From NCBI GenBank assembly GCA_965219955.1, contig OZ244799.1, positions 1,568,001 through 1,632,000 on the forward strand: a stretch of DNA of 64,000 bases, written 5' to 3'. Under the pieces are notes generated by a model, which was given only the letters and a program-made list of their open reading frames with translations, did not search any database and had not been told where the DNA came from. Below are positions 20,180-29,519 of this stretch, piece after piece. Numbering within the stretch: the stretch's first letter is position 1; each line of letters opens with the position of its first letter. Origin of the DNA: a bacterium. GTDB lineage: Bacteria > UBA8248. The position numbers and the translations under genes were made by a program.

Positions 20180-20974
20180 ATGGGCAGGCGCCGCGATACG
20201 CCGGATTTCACGCGCTCCAACAAATTCCCGGCGCTCGAATACCAACCCAAAGCCCAAGAGCGCGAACTCACCAGAAAACTCATAGAATCCCAGAGCGCGA
20301 GCGAGCGTGAAGCGCTGGGCCAGAAACTGCTCGACAGCATCTGCCGAAGCCTCGAAATCCCCCGCTCGCGCCTGCGCGTGCTCAACGAGCGGCAGCCCCA
20401 CAAAATGTATGAAGGAAAACTCGCCTCCAAGCTCTACGGCGTCTACTACTGCCAAAACGCGATGATCGAAATCGCCAACCTCACGTCGATTCGCAAACAG
20501 GTCGTCGCGGGCAAGACGTTTCTGGATACCCTCATCCACGAACTCATGCACCACATCGACAGGAAATTTCTCCGCATCCCCTCCACGCCCCACAGCCCCG
20601 GCTTTTACGCGCGCATCGAGGATTTGAAAGCCAAACTCATGCGCACGAGGGGCGGGGATCGGGCATCCCCGCAAGAAACCGCCTGGCAAAGACCCAGGGA
20701 CCTCACGGCGGCTCTCGAATCGGCGATCTCCAGTGCCCAGGCGGGAAACGCTCCTCAGAACCCCGGAAACCCGGTCCCGGCGGCCCGGCCTGAAACGAGA
20801 AAGCCGAGATGGACCCCACCGGGGGAATCTGAACTCCCCACCCATGCGAAGCCAGAAGAATCGAGTGCAACGGAAAAACCGCCACGCACGGAAGAAGAAC
20901 CCGCTTCCGCGAATCATCCCCAAAAAGGCGCTTCGGCGGAGAAGGAGCCGCAACTGTCGTTCGATTTTCAGTAG
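20180..20974 (+). CDS. SprT/YgjP-like HExxH zinc metalloprotease with disordered tail ending QLSFDFQ
   Basis: TLIHELMHH...HSPGFY zinc motif; Pro/Glu-rich C-terminal tail. Confidence 0.65.
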   Translation: MGRRRDTPDFTRSNKFPALEYQPKAQERELTRKLIESQSASEREALGQKLLDSICRSLEIPRSRLRVLNERQPHKMYEGKLASKLYGVYYCQNAMIEIANLTSIRKQVVAGKTFLDTLIHELMHHIDRKFLRIPSTPHSPGFYARIEDLKAKLMRTRGGDRASPQETAWQRPRDLTAALESAISSAQAGNAPQNPGNPVPAARPETRKPRWTPPGESELPTHAKPEESSATEKPPRTEEEPASANHPQKGASAEKEPQLSFDFQ

Positions 20975-21140
20975 CCACCGGAAAAGCTCCAACAATAGTC
21001 TTTGAGTCTTAATGCAATCCAGGCAAGAAAATACCGTATTCTGCCAACATCGTATTGCTAAGAGCACACGGCTTTCGAGTAGTTGCGACGATCATGTATG
21101 CTATGCGCATCAGTAGGAAGCGCTATTTGGAGATGTACTC

Positions 21141-22352
21141 ATGAAGTTCATCCATAAACTCAAAATGAGTGGTCTCCTCTCGTTTCCTCCCGACATGGAA
21201 CCATTTGAGCTCCATAATCTCAACGTCCTAATCGGTCCGAACGGCTCAGGCAAATCGAACATCATCGAAGTTATTGAACTCCTTCGCGCCACACCGACGG
21301 ATTTCGCGGACGCAATCCGGAACGGCGGCGGGGCGGAGGAATGGCTATGGAAAGGAGAAACCAAAAACAGGGTCGCTGAAATAGAAATCGAAACCGGGGA
21401 CATATCCACCGGCCTCAAGACGCCGAGCGGGCGGGCGTTACGCTACCGCTTGGAGTTCGTGGACAACAACACGCGGGTCGAAGTGGTCGACGAAGCGATC
21501 GAAGAGACAAAACCCCGCCCCGACAAGGAAGACACTTATTTCTACTACCGTTTCCAACGGGGAAACCCTGCTGTCAACATTAGGGAACAGGGCGAAGAGA
21601 TTCAAAAAGACAAACCCCCTCGACGGATCGAGCGGCGTGAACTCCAACCGGATCAGTCCGCTCTCAAACAAATCAGGGGGCCGGAATTATATCCAGAATT
21701 GACCTGGTTGGGACGACAATTTGAAGAAATCCAGATGCTGCGCGACTGGACTTTCGGTCGCTACACGAAACCACGTGAAGCGCAACGGGTAGATTTGCGC
21801 GAAGACCGGCTCCTTGACGACTGCCAAAATCTTGCCTTGATTCTCAATAAAATCGAACACGAGCAAGCCTCGCTTGAACTCAACAAAATGCTCAAACGCT
21901 TCTTCCCTCGCTTCGAGCGGATGTCCACCAAGGTATCCGGCGGCAGGATACAGTTTTACCTGCATGAGACAGGCTTCCATTCTGCAGTTCCGGCAACGCG
22001 CCTTTCGGACGGTACGCTCCGGTTCGTTGCGCTTCTTGCCACGTTGCTGACGCCTTCGCCACCACCGCTTGTTTGCATCGACGAACCGGAACTGGGCCTT
22101 CATCCCGACGCCATTTCCCTCATAGGCGACCTCATGATCGAGGCGTCCGAACGCACGCAACTCATCGTCGCGACCCATTCGGATGCGCTTATCTCCGTCC
22201 TGACCAGCAAACCGGATGCCGTCGTCGCCTGCGAGAGGCTGGACGAGGGAACGACGCTGCGTCGGCTCGACTCTGAAAAGCTAGCACACTGGCTAGAGGA
22301 TTATGCGCTCGGTGATTTGTGGCGCATGGGGGAGTTGGGCGCGAATCCGTGA
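21141..22352 (+). CDS. AAA_21-type ABC ATPase
   Basis: LIGPNGSGKSN, LSDGTLRF, IDEPELGLHP and ATHS motifs. Confidence 0.9.
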   Translation: MKFIHKLKMSGLLSFPPDMEPFELHNLNVLIGPNGSGKSNIIEVIELLRATPTDFADAIRNGGGAEEWLWKGETKNRVAEIEIETGDISTGLKTPSGRALRYRLEFVDNNTRVEVVDEAIEETKPRPDKEDTYFYYRFQRGNPAVNIREQGEEIQKDKPPRRIERRELQPDQSALKQIRGPELYPELTWLGRQFEEIQMLRDWTFGRYTKPREAQRVDLREDRLLDDCQNLALILNKIEHEQASLELNKMLKRFFPRFERMSTKVSGGRIQFYLHETGFHSAVPATRLSDGTLRFVALLATLLTPSPPPLVCIDEPELGLHPDAISLIGDLMIEASERTQLIVATHSDALISVLTSKPDAVVACERLDEGTTLRRLDSEKLAHWLEDYALGDLWRMGELGANP

Positions 22353-22966
22353 ACATTGCGATCTATATGGAAGGTGGAGGGCTAAGGACTAACTCCAGGG
22401 CTATGCTACGCCAGGGCATGGATGCATTTCTGGCGGAAATCAAAGATGCTTACCGAGATAAGAAATGGGGTTGGAAACTGATTCCTTGCGGTACGCGGAA
22501 CGAAGCTTACAAAGGATTTCAAGGCGCGCGCGCAAATGGTACCGCCGATATTCTTGTGCTTCTCGTAGATTCGGAAACAAAGGTCGTAGTCTCAACGCCT
22601 ATCGACCATCTGACTACACGCGACGGATGGAATTTCCAAGGTGTCGATTGCGACATGCTCCACCTTATGGTTCAGACGATGGAGACATGGATCGTAGCCG
22701 ACCCGGAGACACTCAAGGTCTATTACGGGCAAGGTTTTCGGCAGAATGTTCTTCCCCGAAGCAGAAATCTTGAAGAAGTGAGTAAAACCAGTATTGAGCA
22801 GTCTCTTAGTAGAGCGACCCAAGGAACACGGAAAGGGAAGTACCATAAAATCAAACACGCCAGAGATCTTCTTCAACTGATTGACCCGATGAAGGTGCGA
22901 GAAAGGTGTCCTGATTATTGCAAGAGGCTGTTCGATACGCTTTTCCGGCTTATTGGCTCCACCTAG
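22349..22966 (+). CDS. DUF4276 family (TOPRIM-like) protein
   Basis: IYMEGG, LLVDSE, MVQTMETWIVAD and YHKIKH motifs; GTGA overlap with the ATPase. Confidence 0.75.
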   Translation: MNIAIYMEGGGLRTNSRAMLRQGMDAFLAEIKDAYRDKKWGWKLIPCGTRNEAYKGFQGARANGTADILVLLVDSETKVVVSTPIDHLTTRDGWNFQGVDCDMLHLMVQTMETWIVADPETLKVYYGQGFRQNVLPRSRNLEEVSKTSIEQSLSRATQGTRKGKYHKIKHARDLLQLIDPMKVRERCPDYCKRLFDTLFRLIGST

Positions 22967-23059
22967 TTAAGCCTGAACCCGCTAACTCATACCCCGCCCC
23001 AAGACGACGGGGCCAAAAAGCCACCCCAAACACCGCTGCGCACAAGGGGAGAAGAGAAC

Positions 23060-23140
23060 ATTTCTCCGAATCATCCCCCAAAAGGCGCTTCCGGCGAGAA
23101 AGAACCGCAACTGTCGTTCGATTTTCAGTTCCTACAATCT
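23060..23140 (+). repeat. Degenerate direct copy of the 3' end of the SprT-like gene (20905-20972)
   Basis: CGAATCATCCCC.AAAAGGCGCTTC.G..GAGAA.GA.CCGCAACTGTCGTTCGATTTTCAG occurs on both sides of the AAA/DUF4276 pair. Confidence 0.85.
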
Positions 23141-23326
23141 ACTTTAGATAAACGACAATAAAATTTTGAAGCATATCGTGAAAGAAATTCAAAAAAATTG
23201 CCCTTCAAGAACCGCCTTTTGCCTCCCGCTTCGAGCGGTTGTCTTTCATCCGGCGATTGGGTAAACAAGAGAACTGGGCATACGCCATCATACAATCAAG
23301 CGCACATCGCAGAGGAGTTTCCCTAT

Positions 23327-24019
23327 ATGAGGCCGGCTAACGATTCCGTCCCGAAACCCTGGGGGCCGCTGGCGGGTTTTTGGTCCTGGCAATACCTGAA
23401 CCTGTGGAAGACCATCAAACTCGTCACGAGCAAACGGGTCAAGAGTTTTTATGAGAAATTCCCAAACGTACTTCCTCCAGGCACCGCCTTCCCCGACTTC
23501 GAACTCAAGGACATTCACGGGAACGTCCACCGCATGGAGGATTATCTGGGGAAGAAATACGTGGTGATCACCACGGGCGCCATTACGTGACCGCCATACA
23601 GGCGGCAGGTGCCGTTTTATGAAGAGTTGCAGGAGAAATATGCGGACCGCGACGTGGTCGTCTTCAATCTCTACGTGAGGGAACCCCACGCGGGCGAGCG
23701 CGGATTCCCCGAGATCAGAAACCATGAATCCTACGAGCACAAGCGGAGCTACGCGCAGAAGCTGGCCGAGATCAAGGGCATGGAAACCAGCATCCTCGTC
23801 GACGAGATGGACCAGAAGGTGCATGCCATGCTCGGAGACCTGCCGAACACCATCTGGCTCATCGGCAAGGACGGGAAGGTGGCCTACAAGTGCACGTGGT
23901 CCAATGCGGAGCACGTGGATGAATATCTGGCCCGGATGGTGAACGAAGACCCCGCATTCGAGGGAATGCCGAAAATGGAGCACACCGTCTTCACCGCTCG
24001 CGCCGGCACGGCTATCTAG
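23327..24019 (+). CDS. Deiodinase-like thioredoxin-fold selenoprotein (Sec at UGA 23588-23590)
   Basis: ORFs 23198-23590 and 23609-24019 are in the same frame. Read-through gives PDFELKD..G...TTGAIT-U-PPY...LYVREPH, matching iodothyronine deiodinase GSCTUPPF and YIxEAH. AGGAG RBS before ATG 23327; TTG 23198 is an alternative start. Confidence 0.85.
23601..23616 (+). promoter_or_regulatory. Bacterial SECIS-like hairpin
   Basis: GGCGGC-AGGU-GCCGUU starting 11 nt after the UGA; GCAGGU apex as in E. coli fdhF SECIS. Confidence 0.75.
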
Positions 24020-24034
24020 CGAAATTCGTCTTTG

Positions 24035-24066
24035 AAAAGCGCCCCCGTTTTCGAGGGGCGTTTTTC
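24035..24066 (+). terminator. Intrinsic terminator
   Basis: AAAAGCGCCCC-cgttttcga-GGGGCGTTTTT. Confidence 0.7.
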
Positions 24067-24096
24067 GTTTCTGTAGCGAATGGAGGAAACCCGGAC

Positions 24097-24621
24097 ATGG
24101 ACGCGCCGACAATCATCAAGGAGCGCCTGGAAGCCTACGGCATGAGGCTCAGAGAGGTCATGGAAGACGTCACCGATGAAGACCTCATGCTGCAACCCGG
24201 CCCGAACGACAACCCCATGGGCTGGCTCGTCTGGCACATGACGCGCTTTGAGGACAGGACGTTTTCGTTCCTCGGCGGAACCCCTGAGCTTTGGATAGCG
24301 GAGAAATGGCACGAACGGTTCGGCATGGCGCCCGACGCCGAATGCACCGGCGTGGGCTTCACGCTCGAACAGGTCCTGGCCCTTGAAGTCGGCAAGGACG
24401 GCCTGATGGGCTATTTCGAAGCGGTACGCAGGAAAACGCTCCCCTGCCTCTCGGGCTTGAGCGCGGCGGACCTCGACAGGGAAGAAATCGATTTCTACAC
24501 CAAGAAACCCATCAAGCTCGGCCTGGTCCTGGGAAGATTTCTCGGCGACCACCTCTCGCACGTCGGACAAATCTGCTATCTGAGGGGCCACATTGCAGGC
24601 TGGGGGCGATACCCCGCATAG
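24097..24621 (+). CDS. DinB family protein
   Basis: NPMGWLVWHM..ED and C-terminal HLSHVGQICYLRG. Confidence 0.85.
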   Translation: MDAPTIIKERLEAYGMRLREVMEDVTDEDLMLQPGPNDNPMGWLVWHMTRFEDRTFSFLGGTPELWIAEKWHERFGMAPDAECTGVGFTLEQVLALEVGKDGLMGYFEAVRRKTLPCLSGLSAADLDREEIDFYTKKPIKLGLVLGRFLGDHLSHVGQICYLRGHIAGWGRYPA

Positions 24622-24624
24622 GTT

Positions 24625-25626
24625 TCAGTCGAGTTCTCCCAATGTCCTGAGCGCGCGCTTCACGTCCTCTTCGGGCGTCTCGTCGGGGACGCGGAAAAGC
24701 GGCTGCGTGACGCCCATCTCCCTGATAGCGGCCAGCATTTCGTTGCATCTGGATTTCGGACCGCAGATGGCGAGGTCGTCCACCAGTTCATCCGAGAGCG
24801 CCTCTCCCGCTGCCCTGCGGCCGCCCTTCCGCCAGGCCGCCCGGATGTTGTCGGCGTCTTCCCCGTAGCCCCAGCGCGTGAGCTGGGCCTGGTAGTAGTC
24901 GCCCATCGCGCCGATGTAGAAGCCGAGTTCGGGCTTCACGAGGGCGCGCGCGCGATCGAGATCGTCAAAAGGCGCCGTGTAGACGAAGGGCGCCACGTCG
25001 ATCCCGGAGACCGCCCTGCCCGCCGATTCGGCGCCCTCCTGCAGGAATTCGAGCGCGTCCCTCGTCCTCGAAAAAGGAATGCAGAAAGGAATCCAGCCGT
25101 CTGCGATCTCTCCGGTCAGCCTCGTATAGTTCGGGCCGTTCGAGCCCAGATAGATGGGCAGGCGCTTCTGCACCGGCTTTCGCCTGAGCTTGAAGCCGCT
25201 CATCCGGTAGATTTCGCCGTCCAGTTCCACGCGCTCGCCCCGGAACGCCTGGCGCAGGGCTTCGACCATCTCGCGCGAGCGCTTGAGCGGACTGCCGAAG
25301 GGAACCCCGTGCCAGTTCTCGATCACCGCCTGTCCGCTCGAGCCGAGTCCCAGATGGAAGCGGCCATCGCTCATCACGTCGAGTTCCGCCGCCGTCTGGG
25401 CCATGAGGCCGGGCGTTCTCCCGTAGATGTTGAACACCGCGGCTCCCAGCTTGAGCTTGTCCACCGACTGCGCCGCCATCGCGATGAGGATGCTCCCGTC
25501 CCGAACCCAGGTCTCTGGAAACCAGAGTGAATCGATTCCAGAATCCTCGCACCACCGGGCGAATCGCGGAACCTCGCGCGCGTCGATGGTCTCCTGATGC
25601 CACAAAACGACCCCTTTTTTCGTCAT
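24625..25626 (-). CDS. LLM class flavin/F420-dependent oxidoreductase
   Basis: LWFPE, GRFHLGLG and GEIADGW motifs. Confidence 0.88.
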   Translation of the reverse strand: MTKKGVVLWHQETIDAREVPRFARWCEDSGIDSLWFPETWVRDGSILIAMAAQSVDKLKLGAAVFNIYGRTPGLMAQTAAELDVMSDGRFHLGLGSSGQAVIENWHGVPFGSPLKRSREMVEALRQAFRGERVELDGEIYRMSGFKLRRKPVQKRLPIYLGSNGPNYTRLTGEIADGWIPFCIPFSRTRDALEFLQEGAESAGRAVSGIDVAPFVYTAPFDDLDRARALVKPELGFYIGAMGDYYQAQLTRWGYGEDADNIRAAWRKGGRRAAGEALSDELVDDLAICGPKSRCNEMLAAIREMGVTQPLFRVPDETPEEDVKRALRTLGELD

Positions 25627-25667
25627 GAACAGGTTCCCCTCCAAATGCAAGTCCTCGCTTGCCGCGC

Positions 25668-25696
25668 TTGACAGACGCGAGCATCTTCCCTATAAA
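25668..25696 (+). promoter_or_regulatory. Sigma70-like promoter of the DEAD helicase
   Basis: TTGACA-17 bp-TATAAA, 8 nt before GTG 25705. Confidence 0.65.
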
Positions 25697-25704
25697 AGCT
25701 CATC

Positions 25705-27426
25705 GTGAGAATAATCAAACGTTTAGCGAGCATCATTCGCTCCAAAAGCAAAGCAGAAGCCCCTGACAGCCAATCAAGTCCCGAGGTTCAGGAATCCGCT
25801 TCCATTTCAACCGCAGACCAAGCCGGGCGGAAAGACACGCTTCCCGCCTCGACACCTCTCAACGGTGAATCCCCGCGGGGAAATACCGACCCGGAAGAGA
25901 CAAATGCCACGAAACCGCGCCGCCGGCGCAGGCGTTCACGGAAAAGACAAAGTAATGGAGAACCCTTGCATAAGCAAAACGCAGCAACCATAGAATCGAA
26001 AAAACCGGAAAACGACGACAAAACATCCAAAAACAAAAGGACAAGAAGACGCCGCAAGAGAAAACCCGCAACAGCCGGAGCGAAAGCCGCACCGCAAAAA
26101 TCCCAGAAAGCCGCGAATCCCTCGTATAACGGCATCACCTACCAGAAAGACCCCGCCGAATTCGGCGTGGGCGATTTCGACGCCGCAGACGCGCCCGAGG
26201 GCTTCCGGGAACTCGGCTTCGAGCCGGAGTTGCTCCGCGGGATTCACGGCCTCGGGTTCAATGCCCCCACCCCCATCCAGAGCGAGGCGATACCCGTCGC
26301 GCGCGAAGGCCGAGACATCATCGGCTGCGCCCAGACGGGCACGGGGAAAACAGCCTCATTCGCACTGCCTACGCTCGAACGCCTGCAAGGCGGTTCGGGC
26401 ACGCGCTGCCTCGTCCTGACGCCCACGCGGGAACTCGCCATCCAGGTCTCGGAGCAATTCCACCGGCTGGGAAAACACCTCGAAACCTCGTGCGCCGTCA
26501 TCTACGGCGGGGTGGACTACGAACCCCAGTTCCAGGCCTTTCAGGCGAACGTGGACGTCGTCGTCGCCACGCCCGGCAGGCTGCTCGATCACCTGAAGCG
26601 CAAATCCGTTCATTTCAGGAAACTGGAGATACTCATCATCGACGAGGCCGACCGCATGCTGGACATGGGCTTCGCCGAGGAGATCACCGAAATCCTCAAG
26701 CGCCTCCCCCAAAAGCGGCAGACCATGCTCTTCTCCGCCACCATGCCCGAAAAAATTCAGGACCTGGCGAATCGCGCGGTGAGCGACCCGGTGCAAATCA
26801 ACATCTCGCCGCCCTCGACGCCGGCGGAGGGCATCCACCACGGCGTCTACCCCATCAGCATGGCGAACAAACCCCGCGGCGTGCTGGGCATCATCGACAA
26901 GTACAACCCCACCAGCGTTCTCATCTTCACGAGAACCAAGGCCGGGGCCGATGTGCTGTGCAATTTCCTGGAAAACGAGAAAATCGCCGTCGCCAAGATT
27001 CATTCCGACAGAAGCCAGCGCCAGAGAGAGCGCGCGCTGGCGGGCTTTCGCCAGGGCAAGCACCGCATCCTCGTAGCGACGGACATCGTTTCGCGCGGCA
27101 TCGACGTGACGGGCATATCACACGTCATCAATTACGACGTGCCCGAATACCCGGAGGACTACGTCCACCGCGCAGGCAGAACGGCGCGCGCGGGCCGCAT
27201 CGGCTACGCCATGACGCTCATGTCGCCCGGTGAAATCACGCCCGTCAAGAATATAGAACGCTTCATCGGCAAGGCGCTTCCCAGGGTCGGCATCCAAGGC
27301 TTCGCGGACGACGTCCACCAGCAAAACCTCGAGAACGAACCCAAGCCCCTGCTCGACCAGCCGCACGTGGCGCGCTACGAGCGGCTCCGCAAAATGCCGC
27401 GCCGCACCGGCCTGTCGCTCCGCTAG
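25705..27426 (+). CDS. DEAD-box RNA helicase (RhlE-like) with long basic N-terminal extension
   Basis: AQTGTGKT, PTRELA, TPGRL, DEAD, SAT and YVHRAGRTARAG motifs. Confidence 0.93.
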   Translation: MRIIKRLASIIRSKSKAEAPDSQSSPEVQESASISTADQAGRKDTLPASTPLNGESPRGNTDPEETNATKPRRRRRRSRKRQSNGEPLHKQNAATIESKKPENDDKTSKNKRTRRRRKRKPATAGAKAAPQKSQKAANPSYNGITYQKDPAEFGVGDFDAADAPEGFRELGFEPELLRGIHGLGFNAPTPIQSEAIPVAREGRDIIGCAQTGTGKTASFALPTLERLQGGSGTRCLVLTPTRELAIQVSEQFHRLGKHLETSCAVIYGGVDYEPQFQAFQANVDVVVATPGRLLDHLKRKSVHFRKLEILIIDEADRMLDMGFAEEITEILKRLPQKRQTMLFSATMPEKIQDLANRAVSDPVQINISPPSTPAEGIHHGVYPISMANKPRGVLGIIDKYNPTSVLIFTRTKAGADVLCNFLENEKIAVAKIHSDRSQRQRERALAGFRQGKHRILVATDIVSRGIDVTGISHVINYDVPEYPEDYVHRAGRTARAGRIGYAMTLMSPGEITPVKNIERFIGKALPRVGIQGFADDVHQQNLENEPKPLLDQPHVARYERLRKMPRRTGLSLR

Positions 27427-27596
27427 CTCGAAGCGCTCCCCGGCAAATGTGAAACGAAAAAACCGGAATACGGCCCCCTTCTCCCAAAGATTTGTTAAAG
27501 ATTTTTTAAACTTTTTAAGTATTTGATTTGTAACTATTTACAGGTATCGACGCACGCCTGTCGATGAAAAAATCCTGCGCTCCGCCATGTTATCTA

Positions 27597-27625
27597 TTGA
27601 CCTCTCCGCGCGGCTAGGATAGATT
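27597..27625 (+). promoter_or_regulatory. Putative HU promoter with upstream IHF-consensus site (27516-27528)
   Basis: TTGACC-17 bp-TAGATT; TAAGTATTTGATT matches the reverse of WATCAANNNNTTR. Confidence 0.45.
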
Positions 27626-27700
27626 GAATTTCCTCATGAAATTTTTGTGATATCAATCGTTTCTATAAAGCCCGTAGCCGAACGTGGAAGGGAGACCCAT

Positions 27701-27976
27701 ATGCAGAAATCCGACCTGATAGAAAAAATCGCCGGGGACGCCGGCATCTCGAAAGCGGCGGCGGACCGGGCTCTCAAGTCTCTGCTTGACTCCGTGACCC
27801 AAGCCCTGAAAAACGGGGATCGCGTTTCCCTGGTTGGATTCGGAACATTTTCCGTCTCTAAGCGAGGCGCACGAACAGGGCGCAACCCGCAAACGGGCGA
27901 GACAATCTCCATCAAGGCGAGCAAGGCGCCCAAGTTCTCCGCAGGCAAGAGCCTCAAGGACGCGGTGAACAAATAA
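27701..27976 (+). CDS. hup: DNA-binding protein HU
   Basis: MQKSDLI...LVGFGTF...[10 protein letters not shown]...[11 protein letters not shown]. Confidence 0.95.
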   Translation: MQKSDLIEKIAGDAGISKAAADRALKSLLDSVTQALKNGDRVSLVGFGTFSVSKRGARTGRNPQTGETISIKASKAPKFSAGKSLKDAVNK

Positions 27977-28024
27977 ACGCGGGCTTCCGAAGGCGTCTGA
28001 TTCGAGAAGCGCCAGATACAATAC

Positions 28025-28077
28025 GAAACCCCCGATGCTGGAGGTGCAATGTCCGGCGCCGGGGGTTTCCTTTTTTC
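28025..28077 (+). terminator. Intrinsic terminator after hup
   Basis: GAAACCCCCG...CGGGGGTTTC followed by a T tract. Confidence 0.7.
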
Positions 28078-28111
28078 AAATACGTTTCATGCGAGTCCCT
28101 TCGCCGATGCT

Positions 28112-28139
28112 CGTCATTCCGGTGAAAGCCGGTATGACG
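28112..28139. repeat. Isolated CGTC-type palindrome (family C)
   Basis: CGTCATTCCGGTGAAAGCCGGTATGACG. Confidence 0.6.
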
Positions 28140-28197
28140 TCGATCCGCAAGAGGCAGAGGTGCTTTCGTAGGGGAGATTTACTGACGCACAGCGGCT

Positions 28198-29286
28198 TCA
28201 GGCGAGAAAATCCCTGAGCTTCGAGAGGAATCGCTCGTTCTCCCCGGGGAGTCCGAGGGTCACGCGAATCCATTCGGGATGCCCGAAGGCGCTGCCGGGA
28301 CGAACGATGACGCCCTCGCGCATCAGGGCGTTCATCGCCGCGTCGCCGTCCCCCACGCGAACGAAGATGAAATTGGCCTGGCTTTCGACATATTCGAGTC
28401 CCATCCCGCCGAACGCCGCATAGAGCGCTTCCCTGCCCTCGCGCACCAGGGCGACGGCGCGCTGTTTGTAATCGTCGTCTTCCAGCGCGGCCAGGGCAGC
28501 CGCCTGCGCGAGCTGGTTCACGTTGAATGGTTCGCGGACGCGGTTCATGTACCCGACGACGCCCTCGCGGCTCAAGGCGAATCCCACGCGAAGGCCGGCC
28601 AGGCCGTAGATCTTCGAAAACGAGCGCAGGACGACCAGCGGGAAGCGATCGATCATGGAGACGCTGTCGGGATAGGCCGGATCATCCGCGAAATCGCCAT
28701 AGGCCTCATCCAGGAGCACCAGGAGGCCTCCGGGCAGTTTTTCGAGAAAGGCGACGAGTTCATCCCCGGTCAGAATCCCGCCCGTGGGGTTGTTCGGTGA
28801 GCAGAGGAAAACGATTTTCGTGCGGGCGGAAATTTTATCGAGGACATCGTTCAAATCAACCCTCATATCCCGCAGGGGCGAGAAAACGATCTGCGCGCCC
28901 ATCACCCGGCTCACGTGCGCATAGGGGCTGAAGGTGGGCCGGGGGATGACCACCTCGTCGCCGTCGTTCAGGAACGTCCTGCTCAAGACGGAGAGAACGT
29001 CGTCGCCTCCGTTTCCCATGAAAACGCACGACGGGGAGACGCCCAGCTTTTCCGCCAGGCGCTCCGCCAGCGCCTTCGCCCCGCCGTCGGGGTAGCGGTG
29101 CAGGCCGTCGAGCGCGCCGCGAATCGCATCCACGGCGCTCGGCGTGGGGCCGAGCGCATTCTCGTTGCTGGCGAGCTTGACGACCTCGCTCAGCCCGTAC
29201 TCGGCGGCCACCTCCTCGATGGAACGCCCCGGCACGTAAGTCTTGAGGGACGAGACGCCCTTTCTCAGCAAGTCTTCCACGTTCAA
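28198..29286 (-). CDS. hisC: Histidinol-phosphate aminotransferase
   Basis: KLASNEN, SPNNPTG, DEAY and RSFSKIYGLAGLRVG motifs. Confidence 0.93.
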   Translation of the reverse strand: MNVEDLLRKGVSSLKTYVPGRSIEEVAAEYGLSEVVKLASNENALGPTPSAVDAIRGALDGLHRYPDGGAKALAERLAEKLGVSPSCVFMGNGGDDVLSVLSRTFLNDGDEVVIPRPTFSPYAHVSRVMGAQIVFSPLRDMRVDLNDVLDKISARTKIVFLCSPNNPTGGILTGDELVAFLEKLPGGLLVLLDEAYGDFADDPAYPDSVSMIDRFPLVVLRSFSKIYGLAGLRVGFALSREGVVGYMNRVREPFNVNQLAQAAALAALEDDDYKQRAVALVREGREALYAAFGGMGLEYVESQANFIFVRVGDGDAAMNALMREGVIVRPGSAFGHPEWIRVTLGLPGENERFLSKLRDFLA

Positions 29287-29519
29287 AGTCTTACACCTCT
29301 TTGCTGGTCCTCATCGTCGTTTGGAACTCCCCGAACGGCGAACATATAGACCATTCGACACGATTTGGCCACACCCCGGCGCTCAAGGGCGATCGCGGTT
29401 TTCCCCGCCCGGAAACCGGATATCGTCATACGCCATGAAGCCCGGAATGTCGATGCGTTGCCCTCTGCGAGGCGGACGGGCTAGAATATGGCGGATCAGC
29501 CGTCGAACGGAGGTTCACC

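Noticed and set aside
23198-24019. Pseudogene or two separate ORFs
   Set aside because: The UGA sits at the catalytic position and is followed by a SECIS-like hairpin, so Sec read-through is more parsimonious.
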